A stretch of 64,000 nt of DNA from an uncultured delta proteobacterium (GTDB lineage: Bacteria > Myxococcota_A > Polyangia > Polyangiales > JAFGIB01): NCBI GenBank assembly GCA_963778655.1, contig CAVZVA010000010.1, positions 1,712,426-1,776,425 of the forward strand. The letters run 5' to 3'. The notes beneath the pieces were generated by a model that saw nothing but the letters and a program-made list of their open reading frames with translations, was not told the origin of the DNA and searched no databases. Shown piece after piece: positions 56,031-64,000 of the stretch. The translations under genes and the position numbers were made by a program. Position 1 is the stretch's first letter. Every line of letters begins with the position of its first letter.

Positions 56031-57533
56031 TCAGCGCTCCCAACCGAGCGCGATCACCACCACGTTGCGCGGCACCTGCTCGCCGCGCGCCGTGCCCTGC
56101 GCCACCGCGATGCCGGCTGCGTGCGCGCGGGGGTCGAGCGCCGGCTCGAGCGCGCCGGCCTCGAGCGGGTCGAGCACCAGCGCCGCCACCGCCGCCACCC
56201 GGCCGTAGGCCAGGCGGAAGCGCTCGAGCTCGGCGTCGGCCTGCGCGAGCACGTCGTGCGAGCTGCGCTCCGGATGTTGCGCCAGCTCGCTGGCGGCGCG
56301 GCGCGCCACCTCGGTGAGCTGCGGGTCCGGGTGCAGGCCGCCAGCGCCGCGCGCGCGTCGGTTCTCGTTGAGCGCGGCCAGCACCCGCGCAGGGTCGAGC
56401 TCGGGGTCCACCGGTGCGCCAAGCCGCGCGAGCAGGCACAGCGTGACCAATCCGTGCGGCGCGCGGGCCACGCCGATGCCGAGATGGGTGACGTCCGGGC
56501 TCAGCAACCGCGCGCGCGTCGCGTTGTCGGCCAGCAGCGCGTCCCACAGCCCTTGCTCGTCGGCGCCGCGCGCGGGCGCGCGCAGGACCAGCCCGCCGGT
56601 GCCGGCATCGGCGGGTTGCGCGCCCCCGGCCAGCGCCGTGCTGCCCTGCTGCGCGCGCCGCTCGAGCGTGCCGTCCTGTGCGAGCTCCGGCAGGCCTTGC
56701 GCCGCGCGCAAGGCCGCGGCGCGCCGGTAGAGCTGCGCGCGTACGACCCCCAGGTCGGTCGGCTCGGGCGTGGCCGGCGCGCTCGGCTGCGCGCCCGGCG
56801 CCACTCCGGCATACACCCGCAGCGCGGCCACGGCGCGGCTGGCTTGACCCTCGCGCGCGTGCAGCTCGACCTGATATACGCCCGCGGCCGGCGCGCGTAC
56901 CTGCAGCTCGAATGCGGGCCCCGGTCCTGCGGGCAGCCGCTGCTCGCCCTGCGGGCCGCGCAGCACCAGCGTCGGGTCGGACTGGCTCGCCGGCAGCCTT
57001 CCGCGCACGCGCAGCAGCGCTCCCGGCCGCAGTGTGCGGGCGATCGGATCGAGCGCCGGCGGGCGCCGGCCCAGGGCCACGCTGGCGCTGCGGCCGTCGG
57101 CGGCCACGAAGGCGCCGGCGTGCGTCGGCGCGCGCGCTTGCAGTTGCGGCCGCAACGCGGCCTGCAGCGCGGCGGGCAACAGGTCGGCCGCGCGCGCCTG
57201 CACCCGCTGCACGCGCAGCTCGACGTCGACCAGGCCGAGCCTGCGCGCAGCGGCCTCGAGCCGGCTCGGGTCCGGCTCGGCCACGCCGGCGAAGCGCTGC
57301 GCGAGCAGCGCCAGCCGCCCGTCCCCGTGCAGGGGTAGCCCGGCCTGGTCCGCGGCCGCGAACAGCGCGCGCTCGACCGCCGCCAGATCGCCGCCGCCGC
57401 GCACCGGGCGCGGCGCCTCTGCGATGCTGTACGCGGCGGCCGGCCGCCGCTCGGCCGCGCCTCGCGGCGGCAGCGCGCCCGAGGCGCCGCAGCCCAGCAG
57501 CAGCGGCAGGACTGCGGCGAGCTTTGCGCGCAT
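56031..57533 (-). CDS. Lipoprotein with degenerate CAP/SCP-like domains
   Basis: Lipobox LLGC; RAAQGLPELAQDGTL, RARLLSPDVTHLGIGVA, LNENRRARG...L. Confidence 0.7.
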   Translation of the reverse strand: MRAKLAAVLPLLLGCGASGALPPRGAAERRPAAAYSIAEAPRPVRGGGDLAAVERALFAAADQAGLPLHGDGRLALLAQRFAGVAEPDPSRLEAAARRLGLVDVELRVQRVQARAADLLPAALQAALRPQLQARAPTHAGAFVAADGRSASVALGRRPPALDPIARTLRPGALLRVRGRLPASQSDPTLVLRGPQGEQRLPAGPGPAFELQVRAPAAGVYQVELHAREGQASRAVAALRVYAGVAPGAQPSAPATPEPTDLGVVRAQLYRRAAALRAAQGLPELAQDGTLERRAQQGSTALAGGAQPADAGTGGLVLRAPARGADEQGLWDALLADNATRARLLSPDVTHLGIGVARAPHGLVTLCLLARLGAPVDPELDPARVLAALNENRRARGAGGLHPDPQLTEVARRAASELAQHPERSSHDVLAQADAELERFRLAYGRVAAVAALVLDPLEAGALEPALDPRAHAAGIAVAQGTARGEQVPRNVVVIALGWER

Positions 57534-57586
57534 AGTAGGAGCTGGCCTCATCGTCGTGCCGGCGAGGCGCCGGCCGGGATAGATGG

Positions 57587-59935
57587 ATGCTCTCAACGCC
57601 TCGCGCGCGCAATAGCACGCCAAGCTCCCGCGCTGCAGCGCGGGCCCTTGGCGCCGCGCTGGCGCTGGCCTGCGGCGTGCTCGCGGCGGCGCACGCCGAG
57701 CCGCCGGCGCGCGCCGCCAAGCCGCGCGTGCCGCAGCCCGAAGACGTGCTGCCCGAGAGCGAGCTCGATGATCCGATCGGCCTCGATCGCGAGTCGCGCG
57801 GGCTGGCCCGCGCCGCGGCCGTGCCGGCGGCCAAGCAGCCGGACGCCGCCGCGCTGCAGGCGGAGCGCGCGCGCTACGGCCCTCAGCCGCCGCCGCTCGA
57901 CGTGCGCGCGGGCGAGGTGCTGACCGCTGCGCCCAGCACGCGCGAGCTGAGCCACCGGGTGCAGGTCGAGCTCGACCCGGGGCTCGCGGTGGTGAGTGTC
58001 GAGATGAGCTTCGAGAGCCGCGCGCAGAAGCCCTCGGAGCTGCGCTACCGGCTCGCGGTGCCGGCCGGCAGCCGGCTGGCGGCGCTCGAGGTGTGCAACG
58101 CGCGCGGCTGCCGCGCGGGGCTGCCGGAGGCCCCGGGCGCGGCCGTCGCGTACGACGCCGCGCTGTTGGCGCGCGGCCCCGACGACCCGCTGCCGGTGGC
58201 GCGCGCGCGCAGCACACGCGACGCGCGCGGCGAGGCGATCGTGGTGCAGGCCGCGCCGGTGCAGAACGGGCAGACGCTGGCGCTGCACGTGCGCTACGTG
58301 AGCCCGGCGCCGCTGCACGGCGGCGTGGTGCGGCTGAGCTTGCCTGCGCGCGGGATGGACCCGCAGGTCGCGCCGAGCGAGGTCACGCTGGCGGCGCCAC
58401 GCCTGCTCGATCCGCGTATCGGCGGCGCGCCGGCCGGCGCGGCCGGTGCGAGCTACGACGCCTGGCTCGAGCTGCCGCTGCAGGCGCGCGCGCGCAGCGG
58501 CGAGCCCGCCCACGCCAGCGCCTGGCAGCTCGGCTGCGGCAAGCAGCGCTGCGGCTGGGCCGTGCTGTGGGCCGGCCCGCGGCCGCCGCAGCCGGTGGAC
58601 CTGGTGCTCGCGCTCGATGTCTCGCCCTCGACCGAGGGGCCTGCGCGCGGGCGGCTGCTCTCCACCGTGGCGGCGTTGCTGGCGGCCGCGCCCGAGGGCA
58701 GCCGCGTGCGCGCGCTTGCGTTCGGGGCGCGCGCGCAGCCGCTGATCGAGCGCGCGATGGAGCCGGCGCAGGTGGCGCTGGCGCCCTTCGGGCGCGCGAT
58801 CGAGCACGCCGAGCTGGGCTCGGCCACCCGCTTCGAGGCGGTCTGGGGGCTTGCGCGTGGCTGGCTCAAGACGCACGTGCGCGGGCTCAAGCCGCTGCTG
58901 GTGATCGTGGGCGACGGCGGGCTGACCGCGGGCGAGGCGCGCCCGTTTCGGGCCGCGCGCGCGGCCGGCGTCGAGGTGTGTGCGGTCAATGCCGCCGACC
59001 GCGGCAGCAGCGCCGAGCTGCGCGCGGGCGTGCTCGCGACCGGCGGGCTGGTGGTGGATGCCGGCGGCGAGGCCGAGGCGGCGGCGCGCGGCCGCGACGA
59101 GGGACCGCTCGGCGAGCGGCTGGCCGCGCTGTTTGCGCCCACGGTCGCGGCGCGCGTGCGCCTGAGCGCGAACGGCCACACCAGCGAGCTCGGCCCGCTG
59201 CGTGCGGGCGAGCTGCTCGGCTGGCAGGGCGCGGGCGGGTCGCTGCTGCTGCGCTACGGCAGCGCGAGCGTGCGCGGGCAGCTGCCGCCGCAGGCGTGGC
59301 GCGCGCTGGCGCCGGCGCTGGCCGCGAGCGCGGCCGACTCGGCGGGTCTCTCGGGCGTGAGCGACGCGCGCGTGGCGGTGGATGCGCGCGACCTCGCGCT
59401 GGCCGGTGCCCATGACTGGCCCGCGCAACCGGCCAAGGGTTGCGACCGGCGCGGGCCCGCGCGCCGGCCGAGCGGGCTGAGCAGCGACGCGGCACCGCTG
59501 GCGCTGGCCGAGGAGCGCGCGTGCAAGCCGCCGCCCAAGGCCGTGGCGCGCAGCGGCGGCGGCGCCGAGATCGGGGCCGGCATGCCCGCCGACCCGCTGC
59601 TCGAGATGCTGCGGCAGCGCATCATGCCGGTGGCGCGCGGGTGCTTTCGCCGCGACCGGGCCGGCCGGCCGGACTACGCCACGCGCGCGGTGTTCGTGTT
59701 CACGCTGGCCGACAAGGAGGTGGTGGACGCGCGGGTCGAGGGCAAGATCGCCAGCTCCCTGCGTTCCTGTCTACTTGCGGCCGTGGACACGCTGGAGGTT
59801 CCGCGTTTCGCTGGAGTCGTAAAAGTTCGCTATCCGCTCATCACGGAATCCGTGCCCCTGCCCGAGCAAATCGAGCTGCGCTCAGGCACCGCACGCAACC
59901 TGGACCGGCTCTTCGGCACCCCCGACGCGAAGTAG
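57587..59935 (+). CDS. Secreted VIT/vWA-domain protein with C-terminal TonB-C/AgmX-like domain
   Basis: Signal-like N-terminus, VIT-like segment, MIDAS DVSPS...T...VGDG, C-terminal ARGCF...LRSCL...VKVRYP. Confidence 0.7.
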   Translation: MLSTPRARNSTPSSRAAARALGAALALACGVLAAAHAEPPARAAKPRVPQPEDVLPESELDDPIGLDRESRGLARAAAVPAAKQPDAAALQAERARYGPQPPPLDVRAGEVLTAAPSTRELSHRVQVELDPGLAVVSVEMSFESRAQKPSELRYRLAVPAGSRLAALEVCNARGCRAGLPEAPGAAVAYDAALLARGPDDPLPVARARSTRDARGEAIVVQAAPVQNGQTLALHVRYVSPAPLHGGVVRLSLPARGMDPQVAPSEVTLAAPRLLDPRIGGAPAGAAGASYDAWLELPLQARARSGEPAHASAWQLGCGKQRCGWAVLWAGPRPPQPVDLVLALDVSPSTEGPARGRLLSTVAALLAAAPEGSRVRALAFGARAQPLIERAMEPAQVALAPFGRAIEHAELGSATRFEAVWGLARGWLKTHVRGLKPLLVIVGDGGLTAGEARPFRAARAAGVEVCAVNAADRGSSAELRAGVLATGGLVVDAGGEAEAAARGRDEGPLGERLAALFAPTVAARVRLSANGHTSELGPLRAGELLGWQGAGGSLLLRYGSASVRGQLPPQAWRALAPALAASAADSAGLSGVSDARVAVDARDLALAGAHDWPAQPAKGCDRRGPARRPSGLSSDAAPLALAEERACKPPPKAVARSGGGAEIGAGMPADPLLEMLRQRIMPVARGCFRRDRAGRPDYATRAVFVFTLADKEVVDARVEGKIASSLRSCLLAAVDTLEVPRFAGVVKVRYPLITESVPLPEQIELRSGTARNLDRLFGTPDAK

Positions 59936-59951
59936 CCCAGCCTCAAGGGAA

Positions 59952-60020
59952 TCACAGGAAGACGGGAAGGCGGGAAGAGCCAAGACGAGACCATCCTTCC
60001 GCCTTCGCGTTGCATTTCGC
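59952..60020. repeat. REP-like palindrome, family B
   Basis: tcacaggaagacgggaaggcgggaag...ccttccgccttcgcgttgcattt. Confidence 0.75.
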
Positions 60021-60038
60021 GGCCTCGGGCGCCGCGGC

Positions 60039-60067
60039 TTGACGCCATCGGGGGCGCTCTGCATACT
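60039..60067 (+). promoter_or_regulatory. Sigma70-type promoter for rpsO
   Basis: TTGACG, 17-bp spacer, CATACT; about 80 bp upstream of rpsO. Confidence 0.6.
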
Positions 60068-60146
60068 CCGCCGTCCGCGGGGCGGACCGCAGGTATCTGG
60101 TATCTGGATTCGCGGGCTCGAGCGAGCGCGCGTTAGAGCGAAACCG

Positions 60147-60416
60147 ATGGGACTCAGTCAGCAGAATAAAGCCCAGCTTATCGAAAAGTTCCGCAATCAC
60201 GAGTCGGACACCGGCTCGCCCGAGGTGCAAATCGCGCTGCTGAGCGAGCGGATTCGACAGCTCACCGAGCACTTCAAGGTCCACATGAAGGACCACCACT
60301 CGCGGCGTGGCCTGCTGATGCTGGTCAGCCAGCGGCGGCGGCTGCTCGATTATTTGCGCTCGCGCGACGTGGCGCGGTACCGCACACTGATTACCGAGCT
60401 GGGGATTCGCCGCTGA
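60147..60416 (+). CDS. rpsO: 30S ribosomal protein S15
   Basis: [35 protein letters not shown]; 89 aa. Confidence 0.98.
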   Translation: MGLSQQNKAQLIEKFRNHESDTGSPEVQIALLSERIRQLTEHFKVHMKDHHSRRGLLMLVSQRRRLLDYLRSRDVARYRTLITELGIRR

Positions 60417-60670
60417 CGCGACACCCGCTCGCGCGCGGCCGCCAGGGGGCGGCCGGGCATGGGGTGGCAGGGAATAGTCCCTCTGCCCCCGCTCATTGAC
60501 AGCCTGCTGTCGGGTGCGTGGGGACACGATCTTCGATTCGAAAGCTGCCGCCGTGGGGCTGCAGCATTGGAACCGAGGACCGGAACCACGCCTCCGACGA
60601 CGGCACGCGGCGCCGGCTCAGCCGGCCTGCGGCGTAGGACCGACACGCGTCGGTCGGAGGTAGCCGTTCC

Positions 60671-62905
60671 ATGATAATCCGAGAAAGCGTCAAGGTCGGT
60701 GACAGCACCGTCACGCTCGAAACCGGCCGCATCGCGCGCCAAGCGCAGGGGGCGATTCTGGTCACCTGCGGGGAGACGGTGGTGCTGGTCACCGCCTGTG
60801 GCACCCAGGAGCCGCGGCCGGGCATCGATTTCCTTCCGCTCAGCGTCGACTTCGTCGAGAAGACCTACGCCGCCGGCAAGATCCCGGGCGGCTTCTTCAA
60901 GCGCGAAGGCCGGCTGCGCGATAACGAGATCCTCACCTCGCGCCTGATCGACCGTCCGTGCAGGCCGCTGTTTCCCGACGGCTACCGCAACGAGGTGCAG
61001 GTGATCTGCACCGTGCTCTCGGTCGACAAGGAGCACCCCGCCGACGTGCTCGGCATGGTGGGCGCGTCCGCCGCGCTGCACATCAGCCCGATCCCGTGGC
61101 AGGGGCCGATCGCCAGCACGCGCGTCGGGCGCGTGGATGGCCAGTGGATCGCGAACCCGACCTATGCGCAAATCGAGGCCGGCGATGTCGATATCGTGAT
61201 CTCGGGCTCGCGTGACGCGATCGTGATGGTCGAGGGCGAGTGCGACCAGATCAGCGAGCACGACTTCTCCGAGGCACTGTTCTTCGGTCACCGCGCGGTG
61301 CAGGGGCTGATCGAGCTGCAGGAGCGCCTGCGCGAAGCGGTGGGCCTGACCAAGTGGCTGTTCGAGCCCAAGCAGCCGCCGGCGGGTCTGGCGCAGCGCA
61401 TGCGCGAGGTCGCGCTCGACGGCATCAAACAGGCCTGCAACGTGCGCGAGAAGCACGAGCGCTACGCCCTCTTCGGCAAGGTCAAGAAGACGGTGGTGGC
61501 GCAGCTGGCGGCCGAGTTCCCCGAGCACGAGGGCTTCATCAAGGAGGCCTACGAGGACTTGCGCTACGACACCATGCGCGAGCAGGTGGTGCACGACGGC
61601 GTGCGCGTCGACGGCCGCGATCACGTGACCGTGCGCCCGATCACGATCGAGGTGGGGCTGCTGCCGCGCACGCACGGCTCGACGCTGTTTACGCGCGGCG
61701 AGACCCAGGCGATCTGCACCGCGACGCTGGGCACCTCGCGCGACCAGCAGAAGATCGATGGCCTGATCGAGGAGGAGTGGAAGCGCTTCCTCTTGCACTA
61801 CAACTTCCCACCCTTTTCGGTGGGCGAGACGCGGCCGCTGCGGGGTCCGAGCCGGCGCGACATCGGCCACGGGCATCTGGCGGAGCGCGCGCTGGCGCGC
61901 CTGCTGCCTGACGCGCAGGACTTCCCCTACACGCTGCGGCTGGTCTCCGAGATCACGGAGTCGAACGGCTCTTCGTCGATGGCCACGGTGTGCGGCGGCA
62001 CGCTCGCGCTGATGGACGCGGGCATCAATATCAAGGCGCCGGTCGCCGGCATCGCGATGGGCTTGATCCACCTCGGTGAGAAGTACGCGGTGCTGACCGA
62101 CATCCTGGGCGACGAGGATCATCTCGGCGACATGGACTTCAAGGTCTGCGGCACCGACAAGGGGATCACCGCGATCCAGATGGACATCAAGATCCAGGGC
62201 CTGACCCGCGACGTGGTCGAGAAGGCGCTGGCGCAGGCGCGCGAGGCGCGGCTGCACGTGCTGAGCAAGATGCGCGAGGCCCTGTCCGAGCCGCGCGCCG
62301 AGCTGTCGCCGCACGCGCCGCGCATCACCACGATGAAGGTCAAGCCGGATCAGATCCGCACCATCATCGGCCCCGGCGGCAAGATGATCAAAGCCATCGT
62401 CGACCAGACCGGCTGCGCGATCGACATCGAGGACGACGGCACGGTGTCGATCGCCTCGCCCGACCAGGACAGCATCGCGCGCGCGATGGAGATCATCAAA
62501 ACCCTCACCCTCACGCCCGAGGTCGGCGAGACCTACAAGGCCAAGGTGGTGCGGGTCGAGCCGTACGGCGCATTCCTCGAGTTCGCGCCGGGCAAGGACG
62601 GGCTGCTGCACGTCTCGGAGTTCGACTGGAAGCGGGTCGAGAACGTCGACGACTACCTCAAGCTCGGCGACGAGCTCGACGTCAAGATCATCGAGGTCGA
62701 CCGCGAAGGGCGCGTGCGCTTCTCGCACAAGGCGCTGCTGCCCAAGCCCGAGGGTTACGAGGAGCGGCCGCCCCGCGATCGCGACCGCGACGCGGGCGGG
62801 CGCGGCGGTCGCGGCGATCGCGACCGCGACCGCGACCGCGGGCGGCGGCGCGGTGGCCACGGCGGTGGCCATGGCGGCGGCGGTCCGCGCGGCAACGTGG
62901 CGTGA
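60671..62905 (+). CDS. pnp: Polyribonucleotide nucleotidyltransferase
   Basis: [37 protein letters not shown] and S1 domains. Confidence 0.98.
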   Translation: MIIRESVKVGDSTVTLETGRIARQAQGAILVTCGETVVLVTACGTQEPRPGIDFLPLSVDFVEKTYAAGKIPGGFFKREGRLRDNEILTSRLIDRPCRPLFPDGYRNEVQVICTVLSVDKEHPADVLGMVGASAALHISPIPWQGPIASTRVGRVDGQWIANPTYAQIEAGDVDIVISGSRDAIVMVEGECDQISEHDFSEALFFGHRAVQGLIELQERLREAVGLTKWLFEPKQPPAGLAQRMREVALDGIKQACNVREKHERYALFGKVKKTVVAQLAAEFPEHEGFIKEAYEDLRYDTMREQVVHDGVRVDGRDHVTVRPITIEVGLLPRTHGSTLFTRGETQAICTATLGTSRDQQKIDGLIEEEWKRFLLHYNFPPFSVGETRPLRGPSRRDIGHGHLAERALARLLPDAQDFPYTLRLVSEITESNGSSSMATVCGGTLALMDAGINIKAPVAGIAMGLIHLGEKYAVLTDILGDEDHLGDMDFKVCGTDKGITAIQMDIKIQGLTRDVVEKALAQAREARLHVLSKMREALSEPRAELSPHAPRITTMKVKPDQIRTIIGPGGKMIKAIVDQTGCAIDIEDDGTVSIASPDQDSIARAMEIIKTLTLTPEVGETYKAKVVRVEPYGAFLEFAPGKDGLLHVSEFDWKRVENVDDYLKLGDELDVKIIEVDREGRVRFSHKALLPKPEGYEERPPRDRDRDAGGRGGRGDRDRDRDRGRRRGGHGGGHGGGGPRGNVA

Positions 62906-62927
62906 GCCAGGTCTTCGGGACGCAGCA

Positions 62928-62990
62928 GCAAGACGGGAAGGCGAAACGAAGAAGTGGCGTTGGGCTTCCCGACTTCCTGCCTTCCTGTGA
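62928..62990. repeat. REP-like palindrome, family B
   Basis: 62965-62990 reverse-complements to tcacaggaaggcaggaagtcgggaag; partial left arm aagacgggaaggcg. Confidence 0.75.
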
Positions 62991-63070
62991 ATCCTCGCGG
63001 TCTGGACGCTACCGTTGCCCCGCATGCATCGCGCCGCGGGTTGGAGTAGCGTCGGGGTCGGAGGCGGGCG

Positions 63071-63535
63071 ATGCCGGCGGAGGAGCGAGTGAGACTGCGG
63101 GTGCACCTGCTGCGGCCTGAGCTGGCGCGCTTGCCGGGCTATGCCAGCACGGGCGCGGCAGGGCTCGACCTGCACGCTGCGCTCGAAGCGCAGCTTGTGC
63201 TCGAGCCGGGCGCGCGAGCGGCGGTGCCCACCGGGTTGAGCATCGCGCTGCCGCCGGGGCACGAGGGTCAGGTGCGGCCGCGCTCGGGGCTGGCGATCCG
63301 CCACGGGGTCACGGTGCTCAACGCGCCCGGCACGATCGACGAGGACTACCGCGGCGAGCTGCAGGTGCTGCTTGCGAACCTGGGACAGGAGCCGTACGCG
63401 ATTCAGCCCGGCGACCGCATCGCCCAGCTGGTGGTCGCGCCCGTGACGCGCGTAGAGGCGGTGCGCGTGGCCGAGGCCGCGGAGCTCGGTGACACCGCGC
63501 GCGGCCAGGGCGGCTTCGGCAGCAGCGGCCGTTAG
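63071..63535 (+). CDS. dut: dUTP diphosphatase
   Basis: [44 protein letters not shown]. Confidence 0.97.
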   Translation: MPAEERVRLRVHLLRPELARLPGYASTGAAGLDLHAALEAQLVLEPGARAAVPTGLSIALPPGHEGQVRPRSGLAIRHGVTVLNAPGTIDEDYRGELQVLLANLGQEPYAIQPGDRIAQLVVAPVTRVEAVRVAEAAELGDTARGQGGFGSSGR

Positions 63536-63702
63536 AGCACCGATCAGATTGAAACGTGCACGATTTCACGGCCCTGGCGGGCGCATGGCACGAGCACTCG
63601 CCGCTTGCCGTAGGGTTCACTACGCCTGCGGGCTCCTGCCCGCACCCTGCATCCCCCCATCACCGCGACTTCGCACACGTTTCAACCTGTTCGGCGCTCT
63701 CG
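63532..63702. repeat. About 170-bp long-stem palindromic element (family D, MITE-like)
   Basis: Imperfect inverted repeat of about 38 bp (63534-63571 vs 63663-63700) enclosing two small hairpins; begins at the dut TAG. Confidence 0.7.
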
Positions 63703-63808
63703 CGCCGGGCGCGGCAGACAAGGATTGGGGGCCGTTCGGGGCGCGTGACCTGGCCGCGATCTGTGTGTTATCCCGAGCAGCGTTCGAATCGCGCAGGAGC
63801 AGGGAGCG

Positions 63809-63982
63809 ATGGATTTTAGCCTCAGCGACGAAGATCGGATGTTGCAGCAGTCCGTCAAGGACTTCGTGGAGAACAGCGCCAACCCGGTGTGGCGCGAGAT
63901 CGAGAAGAATAACGCGCTGCCCGACGGTCTGATCGAGGAAGCCAGGGAGCTCGGGCTGCTCGGCCAGCAATACGATGCGTAA
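63809..63982 (+). pseudogene. Truncated acyl-CoA dehydrogenase N-terminus (57 aa)
   Basis: MDFSLSDEDRMLQQSVKDFVE...IEKNNALPDGLIEEARELGLLG then QQYDA-stop; good RBS upstream. Confidence 0.7.
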
Positions 63983-64000
63983 CGAGTAGGTTAGCAACAT

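Noticed and set aside
60350..63304. 984-aa antisense ORF (and similar long ORFs at 12121-15282, 6851-8728, 32796-35021, 37785-40298)
   Set aside because: Shadow ORFs opposite well-supported genes, expected with high-GC codon bias; no recognisable domains.

Overview
High-GC chromosomal window from a myxobacterium. The 16S signatures and gene content point to Myxococcota, probably Polyangia; this is an inference, not a database result. Most of the window is core genome: a complete rRNA operon (16S, tRNA-Ile, tRNA-Ala, 23S, 5S), tRNA-Pro(CGG), murI, rseP, rsmB, coaE, dtd, astA, metG, tldD/pmbA, rpsO-pnp and dut. These are mixed with typical myxobacterial signalling genes: FHA, PilZ, two coupled sensor-kinase genes, a degenerate REC-GGDEF, DigR, a Ser/Thr kinase-ATPase and a REC-DUF4388-TPR protein. 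No transposase, integrase, prophage or CRISPR array is visible. The most unusual features are: (i) at least four distinct families of small, highly structured intergenic repeats, one with compensatory base changes and a 109-bp tandem amplification, and one inserted inside the tldD-pmbA operon; (ii) an orphan fliO-fliP/sctR export-gate pair; (iii) a kinase-like protein with no ATPase domain translationally coupled to a complete kinase; (iv) adjacent diheme-cytochrome and collagen/His-rich lipoproteins; (v) a doubly coupled 20-codon mini-ORF; (vi) a frameshifted FHA gene and a truncated acyl-CoA dehydrogenase at the right edge. None of these is shown to be a new system from sequence alone.
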